Source: a virus (lineage: Duplodnaviria; Caudoviricetes). From it: 47,300 nucleotides of DNA. The position numbers and the translations under genes are program-made. Shown piece by piece: positions 35,901-44,789 of this stretch. Position 1 is the first letter of the stretch; the number at the start of each line of letters is the position of its first letter. A model generated the notes under the pieces. That model made no database searches. It was not told the DNA's origin and saw only the letters and a list, made by a program, of their open reading frames with translations. The DNA lies in IMG/VR virus record IMGVR_UViG_3300006947_000019, positions 1 through 47,300 of that record. The stretch is one strand, 5' to 3'.

Positions 35901-36001
35901 TGTCCGCCTTCAAATCCAGCTTCTTGATACTTAAAACTGCCTTTTCTGTAGGCTCTCATTTTTGAATATAAACTAGGTGCTATTTTTTTATTTTTTTTCA
36001 T
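32954..36001 (-). CDS. Putative cargo/internal virion protein with C-terminal M15-like Zn peptidase
   Basis: FKGNRHSAGGI...EVEHGE motif; repeated xxGG motifs; C-terminal ITSATR...SLHATGNAVDF...EHFHLE (LAS-type H-x6-D / HxH). Confidence 0.72.
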   Translation of the reverse strand: MKKNKKIAPSLYSKMRAYRKGSFKYQEAGFEGGQYDYTTGADGNISHGIGDGMDPASMLSGSGSGGTGPLGSIVDSVTNDGNAHTYTAAEMAGHGGRLLSGDLTAIVDIGKSIVERGAARNKIRRTADTDSDLNTTAQRENSKQDVLNLSDSNADMGGTLKSEEGNFAMQAKHGGMKYKDGGAEISREEYSQGINRYTGNLNQNYGNDDGTTSSWNTSLYGGETTKPAGSSWVSPTDGIDWNMEGTTTTTKPMQERMKLDGVTLSEGRNNNPNYSASGKERSDYRKNFINNNNYRTSLMNTRQDMRNQDTRKSDRDSRRMSKYGNTQSGLRNFLKNTFGFKEGGMKLDGGMAVNIPGSDAVEFKGNRHSAGGINDGTSEVEHGETKDGVSSKKHGGAQMPYYFSDYVNTDGSKKYGGNSYADAHKRLIASGGTQEQINALAASQEVARGDDPSKIAQEGGFPSKVDNTRVSTTNDVDPKGNFVKYRGGDAGDYGSSFWTGKLEADKAEYARNFGKKQEGGMKHQGGSFQGTAYDTPASYFGPNEDMVRYNMRDIELGNNLPAAEMEEFNSLTEGVNDQVGGAAGQVGNGYTNDEASNVTSNGNLLANKYATEDKLGLAASMLAPMTAYTMTPGQMPAQGSVTPVEAPVFKYTNMNEVRAQNERDFQKVSQYIKTSGGGPADMINLMSAYDRKMIANQNVSSEENKGDIAIDNMNADSQFKADVTNVGNELDMKKIKLQSDMANVQMSEDQKANKVEALQTAAENINTSIRDRKAYDASILFAETIDGGSGVLGRALTPADMRKQMEAYKKGEYNLNDAGETGNTVPEVVSSTEVPEAATTKDNLGVTGTYDLAFRSGHKKMNKDLNIKTRNVKNSNFGDQAGVGMYNLEQALLQEDYGTEGFMITSATRDKNHALYNKDSLHATGNAVDFGVKDKDGKAMVKYFFDDWDGDRKKLSVKGRAFLQANNAELIDETTNSNGEHFHLEFNKLDDTKRSDYADGHTTDDGYNIYGVQQS

Positions 36002-36003
36002 AA

Positions 36004-39000
36004 TTATCTAATATATTTTCTCATTCCTGATGTAAAGGAATACAAATTTACAAAATTTCCGTTAAAGTTGTTAGATATTACTCTAATACCTAGATAGGTG
36101 TCTACAAATTTCTTTTGTTGATGCCAAGGTTTTTCTAGATTTATATAAGAGTTGTGAGTATTTATAGCGTATATTCCGTTCGTACCCCAAGTTGCCTCAA
36201 ACATATCATGAACATCTTGTTCACCTACCCAATCTATTACGGCTCCCGCTCCAGTTGGACCTGCACTACCTATACCACTCCAGTCTAGAACACCACTCGT
36301 GTTAACCCCTATAAATCCAGATGTTAAAACCGTATTAGGAGCATATGCTACTGGCGTTACCTCTTGCAGTGGTTCACCATCAAAATCATTTCTAGCCACA
36401 AAGTCAGTAATGATTAGATTTGCCATGTCTCTAAACTTATTTATTTGCCACTTATGGGCTACCTTTCGTATATTCTTTAAATAGATTAGCTCTATGTTAC
36501 TAGAATGCTGCGTACTATTGTATACGAAGAATGATGTAAACCCATCTTTATCTAACCTTTTATATCTAACTTCTGAGTTTCCGTGAGCTTTAGCCATGTC
36601 AAATACTTCTGTTTCGTATGAAATATTAGAAAAAGTTTTAGACATGTCTCTTTCTTTAGGAGAGTTTATGATACCCTCAACTTCAAATGGATATGTGTAT
36701 GACTCTCTAGCAGTTACAGTTACACTATCAAGTTTAGAAGAGAAGTAGAAAGCTCCAGGGAATGCTGGATTGTTATGTCCCCACATTCTAAAAGAATTTG
36801 AATCTCCACTTCCCCCTTCATTTATACTAAGATTGTATCCCAACTTTGTCCAAAAAGGATCGGGGAGTTCTTCCCAGTTAAAGAAACTTTGAAGTCCATC
36901 AGTGGAAGCGGCTCCATCCCCACTAGTATACGTATACAAATGAGGTAAATAATCATGAAAAGACCCCCACATATTGTATTCAGGATAATAGGATATTGTC
37001 CATCCTACTCTATTAAATAATTGTAATTCCCCAGCTGGAGTTTGATTGTATTCATAATCTCTGCTTGAGCAATTTGTACAATCTAACGTTGGTTCGCTTC
37101 CTTTAGCTTCAATAAATTTAGTTATAGTAGTATCTAATTGAGCCGGAATATCTATATCTATAAAGTCTCCATCATTTTCTGCAGAGAATGTCTCAGTATC
37201 AATAATTGTATCTGTAGTTCTAATTAAGTATTTATATTTACTTAGATTAACACAAGTTATATTATCTAAAGTACCATCAAAATCAGATACTGCTCTAAAT
37301 ATTAATGAAGATTCCTCACTAATCCAAGATTCGTCAACATCATACGTACCATCTTCTACGCAAGTAAGCACTACTTTATTACCGTAAAGGACATGTAACT
37401 CTCCTTGTGTCATTTTAGAAACAGTAAACACAGTTCTACGGAACCTACCTGGAGCTCCATTTACATTTTGAGATAATTCAGAAATATCTGCACCACGATG
37501 AGTTATACTCTTTCCTGAAATAAGCCAAGCATCAGGATGATCCCAATTACTTATTGCTGCATCTTTTACAGATACTGATTTAATATATAACGTTTCATCG
37601 TCAGTACTTACTCCACCATATATTTTGAAAGTTTGTTTAGTTTGAGAGTCAGTAGTAAAAGAATTTCTAGTAGTTGTATATCCACTCTGATTAACTGTTG
37701 TTTTAAATATAGTAGTTGGACTACTTCCTGTTATTTCAGCTTTAATTCCTTTTGCTCCTTTCCATTCAATATCTATTATATAAGAAGTATTTGCATCTAG
37801 AACTATATTTGATAATGTAATAAAAGGATTGTTTTTAGAATAGCTCATTGTAAACTCTCCTGAAGAAAGTGCTCTTGTTGTAAGCTCTTGGGATATAGTC
37901 CAAAAAAAGTTAGTTGAAGTTACCTGAGTAGATGAAAAATTACTAGCATCTGAAAAATCAACAATTGGCAGCATTTGATTTCCATATTCAAAGTCTCCAT
38001 TTTGAAGAGAACTGACTGAAGGGTAAACTTTAAATTTAAGACTTTTAGTTGCGCCATCATAAAAAATCTTTCCTTCTCCATCCGATCTAGTTCTGTACGG
38101 TGTAAAGAAATCTTTACCTTCATTTGAAGGAAGCAATGCACGTTTTGTTAAAAGTATTCTTTTATTTCTTTCATCCCATCCACTTACGTATCCTACACCT
38201 AATATAGGGCTATCACTTAAACCAAAGTTAAACCTTTCATGACCTAAATTTTCTTTAAACCACGACTCCATACCAAGTTTACTTATCTCTGTAAGTTTAT
38301 CAGTCGCCAAAAACACTTTGTTATTTCTCTGGTCTACAAAGAAATACCCAAACTTAGTAGTAAGTGTAGAAAATTGAGATCTAGTTCCTCCGTATCCCTC
38401 TTCTGTTTGTAATAATTCATCAGGTGCCTGAGCAAATATATCTCCAGACCCTATAAAAGCTTGAGATCCGTCAGTTAATTTCATAGACTGCTTACCCTTT
38501 GTCAATAACAAACTGTCTTCCATATGTATATATAAAAGATTGTTAAATGCAGCTAAATTCCACAACGAACCTCTATTCTTAGGCATGTCTTTATAGTCAT
38601 TTGCTAAGAAAACTCTGAAGTTATCTCGTAAACTTCCAGGATCTGACTTTGCAGATCTTTGAACTCTTGTTGTGAAAGAAGTAGGAGATGACACTAAATT
38701 AGGTAATGCAAATGCAGGGTTAGTATCGTTTACTCCTGAGTAATCTGAATTATATTTAATGCCTGCCTCAGAAGATAGGTCATGAAATTTTGAAGAATCG
38801 TAATTCTTACCATCTCTATCATTTAATGAAGACTCTTTTATAGATGCTCCAGGAAAATATGCACTCTCTGGCCCTTCTTCGTGTCTAAAGTTTATATTAT
38901 CAGTACTTTCTATAATAGTAAGAAATGATGAAACTCTATCTATAGGTACCATTGTGCTAATACGAGGTAAAAGACTTTGTCGAACTCCGTATCTACATAA

Positions 39001-42000
39001 AAAAACATCGCCTCCAAAAATACCACTAGAATACTGCAAGTGTCCAGAAGAATCAGACCCTGCATTGTCCTGTGTAAAATACAACCCTTCAGGATCTGTT
39101 TGAACAGAATTAGTTGTTCCTGTGTAATCCTCGTGTCTAAAGTCAAACTTATTTAAGTCTGTTCCTACAACTTGAAATCCAGTCCACACTAAATTTTGAC
39201 TATCAATAGTACTATATACATCTGTTTTAAATGCATCTAAATTTACAGTGTAAGCTTTAGTAACTGTACCATTTAAATATACAGTAGTAAAATCAGTATG
39301 ATTTGCTTTAAATGTTTGAGTATTTTCCTCATTAATTATTGCTAATGGCTCATTTAACCCTAAAGCTATATGAGTCTCTCCACCTTTATTGTATAATCTA
39401 TACCCAAACCCTGCAGAGCTTGCATTTAAAATAGTATTACCTTCTACATATGTTTTACATCTTTCTTTTAATATGCTATAAGAAGGAGTTTTATATGTAT
39501 CAAACGATTTAGATACATAAAAATTAGATCTTATAAGCTCTTCATTACAAGCACTATCCACATCTAATTCATGGCTGACTCCAGGGCCTAAAAAATTATA
39601 AAAAGATGTAACCCACTGTGGCGCAACATGAGTAGCAATAGATATAGCATCATGAGTTCGTAAAAGTTCAAAATTATAAAAAGACAGTACTTTATAATCC
39701 TTTCTATCTCTCTCTGAGTCATTGACATCTAAAGGGTCTTTTACCCAAAAATTTTGACTACTACTTACACCTTCTCCTGGATTGTTTGGGCATCCCCCTA
39801 ATCTTCCATTCTTTTTTATATACGGAGCAACTACTCCTTGTCCTAATGTTCTTTTATTTTTATGATCTCTTTTAGCATAAAATATTCTAAACCCTTGAAC
39901 TTTAGATATTATTGCTGGAGGTATATCTATATCTGATAACTCAAATCCTAATACTCGGACAGTATTAGAAATAGTACCACCATCAGTTATAGTTTTACAT
40001 TCGCCTGGAAGACTATTACCCGTAAGTGTCATTGTTCCTTCTTCGAATGGTATACCAAGAAAATTTGCAAGGTTAGTATCATTAGGCCAATCTGCAGCAG
40101 CTAGTGCATCAGAAAGTAAATTTGAAATAAGGGTACCAAAAATAGGTATATTTAATGCAAGCATTAAATGCTCATGACTAACTAGTATCCAATTACTATC
40201 TTCTTGTATAGACACTACTTCTCCTTCGTATTCACCAGAGGCAGCGCCACTTTCAAACGACCAGTTAAAGTTATAGAACTCTCCAATTTGAATTACTGTA
40301 GGAATAAAGTCAGCGTGAAAAGCAGTAAACCTACCATAGTCAAGAATATTTAAAATTTCTCCATGTATATCTAACCATGTAAATCCTAAAGATGCTATTT
40401 CATTGTCTGTAACAGCTATGTTATCTAAAGTAATATCTGTAGTAGGAGCTTCAGGAATCGCTGTTGTTATATCTGATGTTGCACTACTTTTAATAGTAGA
40501 ATAATTTTCATTTGTGTTTTTTGGAAAGTGATGATGCCTAACTTTAGCCATACTACCATCTTCATTCTTATATGCTGGCGCATTAAATGCGGGAGTATCA
40601 GGGTATGTTTCATTACTGTTCTCCCAATAGTTCATATCATTAGAACCATCGGAAGCACTGTAAGAGTTAAAATGAAAATTCTTTGTATCTCCTAATCCAG
40701 AAATTCCTGCAGAGTTAGAGTAAGAAGATGAATCTGCGTCTAGAGTATCTAGCTCATCTAGTATAGCCTTACGACCTGGTATGTGATAGGCATACGACAT
40801 ACTACCGTCGTTAAGTATAAATGCAATATAAAATGAATACACTTCTCCCCTCATATAGCCTCGCATTTTATATGCGTTCCAAGGATCTCTATATCCATTG
40901 CCTTTATTTGACTCTATTGGTTCTATCTCTATAAATCCATTTTCTATATTATCTGTTATAAGAGAAAAAGGATCAAAGTTTTCTAGTTCTTTTACTTTAG
41001 GAGTAAGTTTAATCGTACTTGCAAACTGTTGGAAACCCACATCTTTAGTGCCTGTAAGATTACCAAGATATAATACATCATCTAATTGCGTTATAGTTTT
41101 AGCAGTAGAATACGAAACGTCATTAATTATAACATCTTCTACAGATGTGTTAATATAACCTTCCGTACCAGAAAAAACTATAGGTATAATACCAGTACTG
41201 TAGTTAGTGCTGTCGCCAGTAAACTGCTCGAATATTGAGCTAGTTTCAATATCATGCAGTTGAAATGCAAATTTTTGATCCCCAATGCTCTGTATAACTG
41301 TAGGTCTTAAATACTCGTAATCTATATTTATATTATTAACATGCCATAAAATAGATTTACCTGATTGACTACCAGCTTTTGCTCCATCATATCGTTCTAT
41401 AGGCTGAACACTTTCTACGTCTTCTACAATAGAAACAGGATTGTCTACTATCATATAGTTTGTAGCAGTTAGATCTTTATCTACATATGCTAAGGCTAGT
41501 GAGTAAGTACCAGTTACTAGTCCGCCTCCAGACTTAACATTCTGCATGTCTACGTTAGGCACAGGTCCTGTGTGTGTAAATAAATTTAACCTATCTACAT
41601 AGTTTTTATTTATAGAGTTTGAAAAATCTACCTCATATATATATCTATATTTTTCATCAGGGATGTGGCCAGTTCTAGCTTGTCGTGATACATTTAAAGA
41701 TCTAGGAGGATTAAAATTATCTGTCCAGTATACGAATAGATCACCTTCAGCGCTAATTTTATATGTACCAGTTATAGGGTATGAAGCATTAAACTTTAAA
41801 TCTGTATCCGGAACTACACCTGCTAAATTAAGATTCGTAGAAAATTGATCCCACACCTCCATGTTTAAAAGCGTTGAGTAGCTACCGTCAGCTCGTATAA
41901 TACCAATTTCAGATCTACCATATTGTGAACTTTGTTCAGTACTAGAACTAACAGCACCAGAAACATCAGTTGATGTGTTGCTCCAAGAATACCTATTAAC

Positions 42001-42216
42001 AGAAAATAAAACAACTTCGTCGTTTGTAGTTTCAATAGCACCAATAACTTTGTATCCTGGAACCAGACCTACAAGTGGCCCTGCAGAAGTCCCTCTCTCG
42101 TTACTTATAGCTCCATCTACTCTATTAACAATAGCGTTTCTAGCGTATCTCCAAGTTCCCTCTGGCTGGTCTGCCGGGTGCATATCTCTGTGTAATCCTT
42201 TTATAAATCTGCCCAT
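36004..42216 (-). CDS. Tail stabilisation / muzzle protein (P22 gp10-like, crAss type)
   Basis: N-terminal KGLHRD..P..QP.GT.RYA.N, VYWTDNFNPPR, YLGN, GYMRGEVY, IFGGDVF, W.SFHDY.P; follows the tail tube gene and precedes cargo genes as in crAss-like synteny. Confidence 0.78.
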   Translation of the reverse strand: MGRFIKGLHRDMHPADQPEGTWRYARNAIVNRVDGAISNERGTSAGPLVGLVPGYKVIGAIETTNDEVVLFSVNRYSWSNTSTDVSGAVSSSTEQSSQYGRSEIGIIRADGSYSTLLNMEVWDQFSTNLNLAGVVPDTDLKFNASYPITGTYKISAEGDLFVYWTDNFNPPRSLNVSRQARTGHIPDEKYRYIYEVDFSNSINKNYVDRLNLFTHTGPVPNVDMQNVKSGGGLVTGTYSLALAYVDKDLTATNYMIVDNPVSIVEDVESVQPIERYDGAKAGSQSGKSILWHVNNINIDYEYLRPTVIQSIGDQKFAFQLHDIETSSIFEQFTGDSTNYSTGIIPIVFSGTEGYINTSVEDVIINDVSYSTAKTITQLDDVLYLGNLTGTKDVGFQQFASTIKLTPKVKELENFDPFSLITDNIENGFIEIEPIESNKGNGYRDPWNAYKMRGYMRGEVYSFYIAFILNDGSMSYAYHIPGRKAILDELDTLDADSSSYSNSAGISGLGDTKNFHFNSYSASDGSNDMNYWENSNETYPDTPAFNAPAYKNEDGSMAKVRHHHFPKNTNENYSTIKSSATSDITTAIPEAPTTDITLDNIAVTDNEIASLGFTWLDIHGEILNILDYGRFTAFHADFIPTVIQIGEFYNFNWSFESGAASGEYEGEVVSIQEDSNWILVSHEHLMLALNIPIFGTLISNLLSDALAAADWPNDTNLANFLGIPFEEGTMTLTGNSLPGECKTITDGGTISNTVRVLGFELSDIDIPPAIISKVQGFRIFYAKRDHKNKRTLGQGVVAPYIKKNGRLGGCPNNPGEGVSSSQNFWVKDPLDVNDSERDRKDYKVLSFYNFELLRTHDAISIATHVAPQWVTSFYNFLGPGVSHELDVDSACNEELIRSNFYVSKSFDTYKTPSYSILKERCKTYVEGNTILNASSAGFGYRLYNKGGETHIALGLNEPLAIINEENTQTFKANHTDFTTVYLNGTVTKAYTVNLDAFKTDVYSTIDSQNLVWTGFQVVGTDLNKFDFRHEDYTGTTNSVQTDPEGLYFTQDNAGSDSSGHLQYSSGIFGGDVFLCRYGVRQSLLPRISTMVPIDRVSSFLTIIESTDNINFRHEEGPESAYFPGASIKESSLNDRDGKNYDSSKFHDLSSEAGIKYNSDYSGVNDTNPAFALPNLVSSPTSFTTRVQRSAKSDPGSLRDNFRVFLANDYKDMPKNRGSLWNLAAFNNLLYIHMEDSLLLTKGKQSMKLTDGSQAFIGSGDIFAQAPDELLQTEEGYGGTRSQFSTLTTKFGYFFVDQRNNKVFLATDKLTEISKLGMESWFKENLGHERFNFGLSDSPILGVGYVSGWDERNKRILLTKRALLPSNEGKDFFTPYRTRSDGEGKIFYDGATKSLKFKVYPSVSSLQNGDFEYGNQMLPIVDFSDASNFSSTQVTSTNFFWTISQELTTRALSSGEFTMSYSKNNPFITLSNIVLDANTSYIIDIEWKGAKGIKAEITGSSPTTIFKTTVNQSGYTTTRNSFTTDSQTKQTFKIYGGVSTDDETLYIKSVSVKDAAISNWDHPDAWLISGKSITHRGADISELSQNVNGAPGRFRRTVFTVSKMTQGELHVLYGNKVVLTCVEDGTYDVDESWISEESSLIFRAVSDFDGTLDNITCVNLSKYKYLIRTTDTIIDTETFSAENDGDFIDIDIPAQLDTTITKFIEAKGSEPTLDCTNCSSRDYEYNQTPAGELQLFNRVGWTISYYPEYNMWGSFHDYLPHLYTYTSGDGAASTDGLQSFFNWEELPDPFWTKLGYNLSINEGGSGDSNSFRMWGHNNPAFPGAFYFSSKLDSVTVTARESYTYPFEVEGIINSPKERDMSKTFSNISYETEVFDMAKAHGNSEVRYKRLDKDGFTSFFVYNSTQHSSNIELIYLKNIRKVAHKWQINKFRDMANLIITDFVARNDFDGEPLQEVTPVAYAPNTVLTSGFIGVNTSGVLDWSGIGSAGPTGAGAVIDWVGEQDVHDMFEATWGTNGIYAINTHNSYINLEKPWHQQKKFVDTYLGIRVISNNFNGNFVNLYSFTSGMRKYIR

Positions 42217-43151
42217 TATCCTCTATATAACGTTTCTCGTTCATTTAAATCTTCAAAAAATGTTGCATGCCTATTTAAATTAGGAACAAGCCTAACCCAT
42301 TGATTCATAAACGATTCGTATTTATCTATGTCAGGGAATGTTGCAGAATTTCTAGCTTGTGTGCAATAAAATCTCCACTTCTGATCAGCAAACTCGTAGC
42401 CAATTTTATTGTCAGGCTTGTCAAATCCTCCTAATAATAATTGTTTATATATGTACCAAAACATTGCTTCTTTAAAACTAATGTCATCTGGCACCATAGG
42501 GTAACAATCATCATCAGTTGGGAATGCCATGTAACTTAAACATATCTTACCTGCAGCAAAAGAAGTTTTAATGTAATCAGAATCTACAATATAAGACGCT
42601 TCGCTCTGCGCAAACTCATTAACACATTCGTCACAGTGCATGCTCTTATGGAATGTACCTGCTCCATATTTTAAAGGACAAAGACTTGCTCCGCCTCCAA
42701 AATATATATTCTCAAGTACTAGCATTCTACTTTGCAGTTCTCTGAGTTCGAGTACATTAGATTTATATCTTGTATCAAATTTATCTAAATCAGCAGTAAC
42801 TAAAGTAGAAGAAGTTAACTTATCTACATCTGAGTTATACTCTCGTATATCATCTCTAAGGCCTTTTATTTGAGCAACTAAAACATCTAGTTCTGTGCTG
42901 CTTGAAGGACTAACAGACTCATTTACTGCTACTTGATTAATGTAATACAGATCTCCAGGCATTAAAGCCTTATTATCTTTAACAACTAACACTGCTTGTT
43001 TTTGTACAAGTTGTGCAGATGCTCCTATATGTTCAAGAGCTTCTCCTACCCACTCAACAGCGTCTGTTACCCAGTCGGCATTATTAGGCTTAAGATCTCG
43101 CATTACCTTTCTAATGATTGGTTTGCACGATGTATTTCTATATACTGCCAT
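42216..43151 (-). CDS. Tail tubular / ring protein (P22 gp4-like, crAss type)
   Basis: EWVGEALEHIG, YI.TSF..GKICLSY.AFPTDDD.YP.VPD...F.EA..WYI; TAATG-coupled to the muzzle gene. Confidence 0.72.
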   Translation of the reverse strand: MAVYRNTSCKPIIRKVMRDLKPNNADWVTDAVEWVGEALEHIGASAQLVQKQAVLVVKDNKALMPGDLYYINQVAVNESVSPSSSTELDVLVAQIKGLRDDIREYNSDVDKLTSSTLVTADLDKFDTRYKSNVLELRELQSRMLVLENIYFGGGASLCPLKYGAGTFHKSMHCDECVNEFAQSEASYIVDSDYIKTSFAAGKICLSYMAFPTDDDCYPMVPDDISFKEAMFWYIYKQLLLGGFDKPDNKIGYEFADQKWRFYCTQARNSATFPDIDKYESFMNQWVRLVPNLNRHATFFEDLNERETLYRG

Positions 43152-43162
43152 TGTATTATATT

Positions 43163-43333
43163 TTATAAATTATCTAAGTTAGGAGTAGCAGGTTCTAAAA
43201 ACCCCCCATCCATTTTTTTCTTCTTGACAGGTTTACAAATATCTTTTTTATTTTTAGAATCGTACCCTGCATAGTAGTATCCTTCCCAGCAAGCTTTACC
43301 GTCAGAACCTTTTTTCTTACCTTTTTTAGCCAC
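43163..43333 (-). CDS. Small Lys-rich protein, 56 aa (GTG start; not in ORF track)
   Basis: MAKKGKKKGSDGKACWEGYYYAGYDSKNKKDICKPVKKKKMDGGFLEPATPNLDNL*; fills the gap between neighbours and shares GGFLEP with the upstream ORF. Confidence 0.75.
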   Translation of the reverse strand: MAKKGKKKGSDGKACWEGYYYAGYDSKNKKDICKPVKKKKMDGGFLEPATPNLDNL

Positions 43334-43334
43334 A

Positions 43335-43571
43335 CTAATCTATTCTTTCAATTCCTGGCTCTAAGAATCCACCTTCTTGGTACCTAGCTGGAGAAGCCAT
43401 TTTTTTCTTCTTCTTCTTTTTTGTGCCGCCCTCTTTCATTTTGTAGCCGCCTTTCTTTTTGATAGTTCCGTTTTCTTTTTTTTGTAAAAAGATGTCAGCT
43501 TGTGTTGTTTTATTGTCTCCATTCTTGTCTGGAAAACTTCCTGCTTTATAACTTTTCATTTTTTTCATCAT
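43335..43571 (-). CDS. Small Lys-rich protein, 78 aa
   Basis: FPDKNGDNKTTQADI loop, KKGG/KEGG/QEGG motifs, C-terminal GGFLEP. Confidence 0.75.
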   Translation of the reverse strand: MMKKMKSYKAGSFPDKNGDNKTTQADIFLQKKENGTIKKKGGYKMKEGGTKKKKKKKMASPARYQEGGFLEPGIERID

Positions 43572-43573
43572 AA

Positions 43574-44047
43574 CTATTCTTTTTTAAATTTTAAATATGC
43601 TAGCTCATCAGTCTTAAGTAGATGTATTAATTTTTCTTTATTACCTTTAATCCCTCTTGTAGCATCAAACCTATAAACAGATTTATTAGGAATTCTACAC
43701 TTACCTTTACGCCAATAGTATTTGCAATAGTATCTATCTGTGTAGTATATATGCCACTTAGTTCCTTCATTTGTTTCTGCATTATACAGTTGTTGATTAG
43801 TATCAAACAATTCTTTTTTGTACTTATTAGATTCTCCCCAATCTATTTTAGGGTTTCGAGGATCTCTTTCTTTTCTAACTATAGACAAAGTAGAAAGGTT
43901 ATTCCCCATATTAAAGGTATTACCTTCTAATATATCTTCTATGATAGATATATTAAATTCTTCGCATATGTCTCTAAATACTTTTTTGTCAATATAACTA
44001 TTTGTATCTACATACGCTTTATATATATGCTGTAAAGTATATGACAT
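43574..44047 (-). CDS. IHF/HU-like protein of crAss-like tail module
   Basis: F..I..EFN..I.E.ILEG..F.M...L.TLSI pattern resembling the HU/IHF fold; located just upstream of tail tube and muzzle genes. Confidence 0.62.
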   Translation of the reverse strand: MSYTLQHIYKAYVDTNSYIDKKVFRDICEEFNISIIEDILEGNTFNMGNNLSTLSIVRKERDPRNPKIDWGESNKYKKELFDTNQQLYNAETNEGTKWHIYYTDRYYCKYYWRKGKCRIPNKSVYRFDATRGIKGNKEKLIHLLKTDELAYLKFKKE

Positions 44048-44784
44048 TACTTAGGATTATTTGAATTAGAGTTATTTGTACGGCTACCCTGTTCTCTACT
44101 CGATCTACGAGGCCTAACTGGAGGAGGATCTTGGGCGTTATCATTTGTAGTATCGCTAAGTGTTCCTGCTAACAGTTGTAGCTCTAAACTTGCAATACCT
44201 TTAGTAATAGCCTGTACCATATCCATAGGAATTGGAAAATCTGAATCAGAATCATAACATGAACCGTCATCACAATCGTAATTTGAAAGGTCTTCAGGAT
44301 CTTCAAATATTCCTCTAACATTTCCAAACTGCATTCCATTAGCATTGTAGATGTAAAGGTAATCCTCAATCATATACGCTCGTTTTGCATTTTGTGTGTA
44401 TTTATCATATGGAAGCCATTTTACTGTCAGAGCACTTACCATAGGAATAGTCTCTAAACCTGTAACATCTGAAACATGAGTAATAGCGTCTGAAAAGTTT
44501 AGCCTAACTGTCTTAGGTATTTTAACTTTAGATTTGTATACATCACAGTTTACTGGAAGAGAGCAACATTTAGTTGCATCGACCTTCTCAAATTCAATAC
44601 ATTTAAGGTCTTGCTCTAAGTGTCTTGTAATATTTCCATTTCTAGCATAGTCTCTTCTAATAAACATTGCCCTGTAATACTTAATATTAAATTTAAGCTG
44701 AGAAATAGGTATATTCTCTCCCGTGTTACTCCTACCTCCTCTAACTAAATTTAAAATGTTGTATGCTATTTCATCTAATGTCAT
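44047..44784 (-). CDS. Conserved crAss-like virion structural (ring/collar) protein
   Basis: MTL.EI.Y.I.....GG, YRA.FI, L.CIE.EKVD, GIFEDP, FPIP.DM motifs; late-module position. Confidence 0.6.
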   Translation of the reverse strand: MTLDEIAYNILNLVRGGRSNTGENIPISQLKFNIKYYRAMFIRRDYARNGNITRHLEQDLKCIEFEKVDATKCCSLPVNCDVYKSKVKIPKTVRLNFSDAITHVSDVTGLETIPMVSALTVKWLPYDKYTQNAKRAYMIEDYLYIYNANGMQFGNVRGIFEDPEDLSNYDCDDGSCYDSDSDFPIPMDMVQAITKGIASLELQLLAGTLSDTTNDNAQDPPPVRPRRSSREQGSRTNNSNSNNPK

Positions 44785-44789
44785 GTCTG

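Noticed and set aside
17631-42216. Inteins or self-splicing introns in the giant genes
   Set aside because: Frames are continuous and I saw no C...HN intein ends or homing-endonuclease motifs; this was by eye only.
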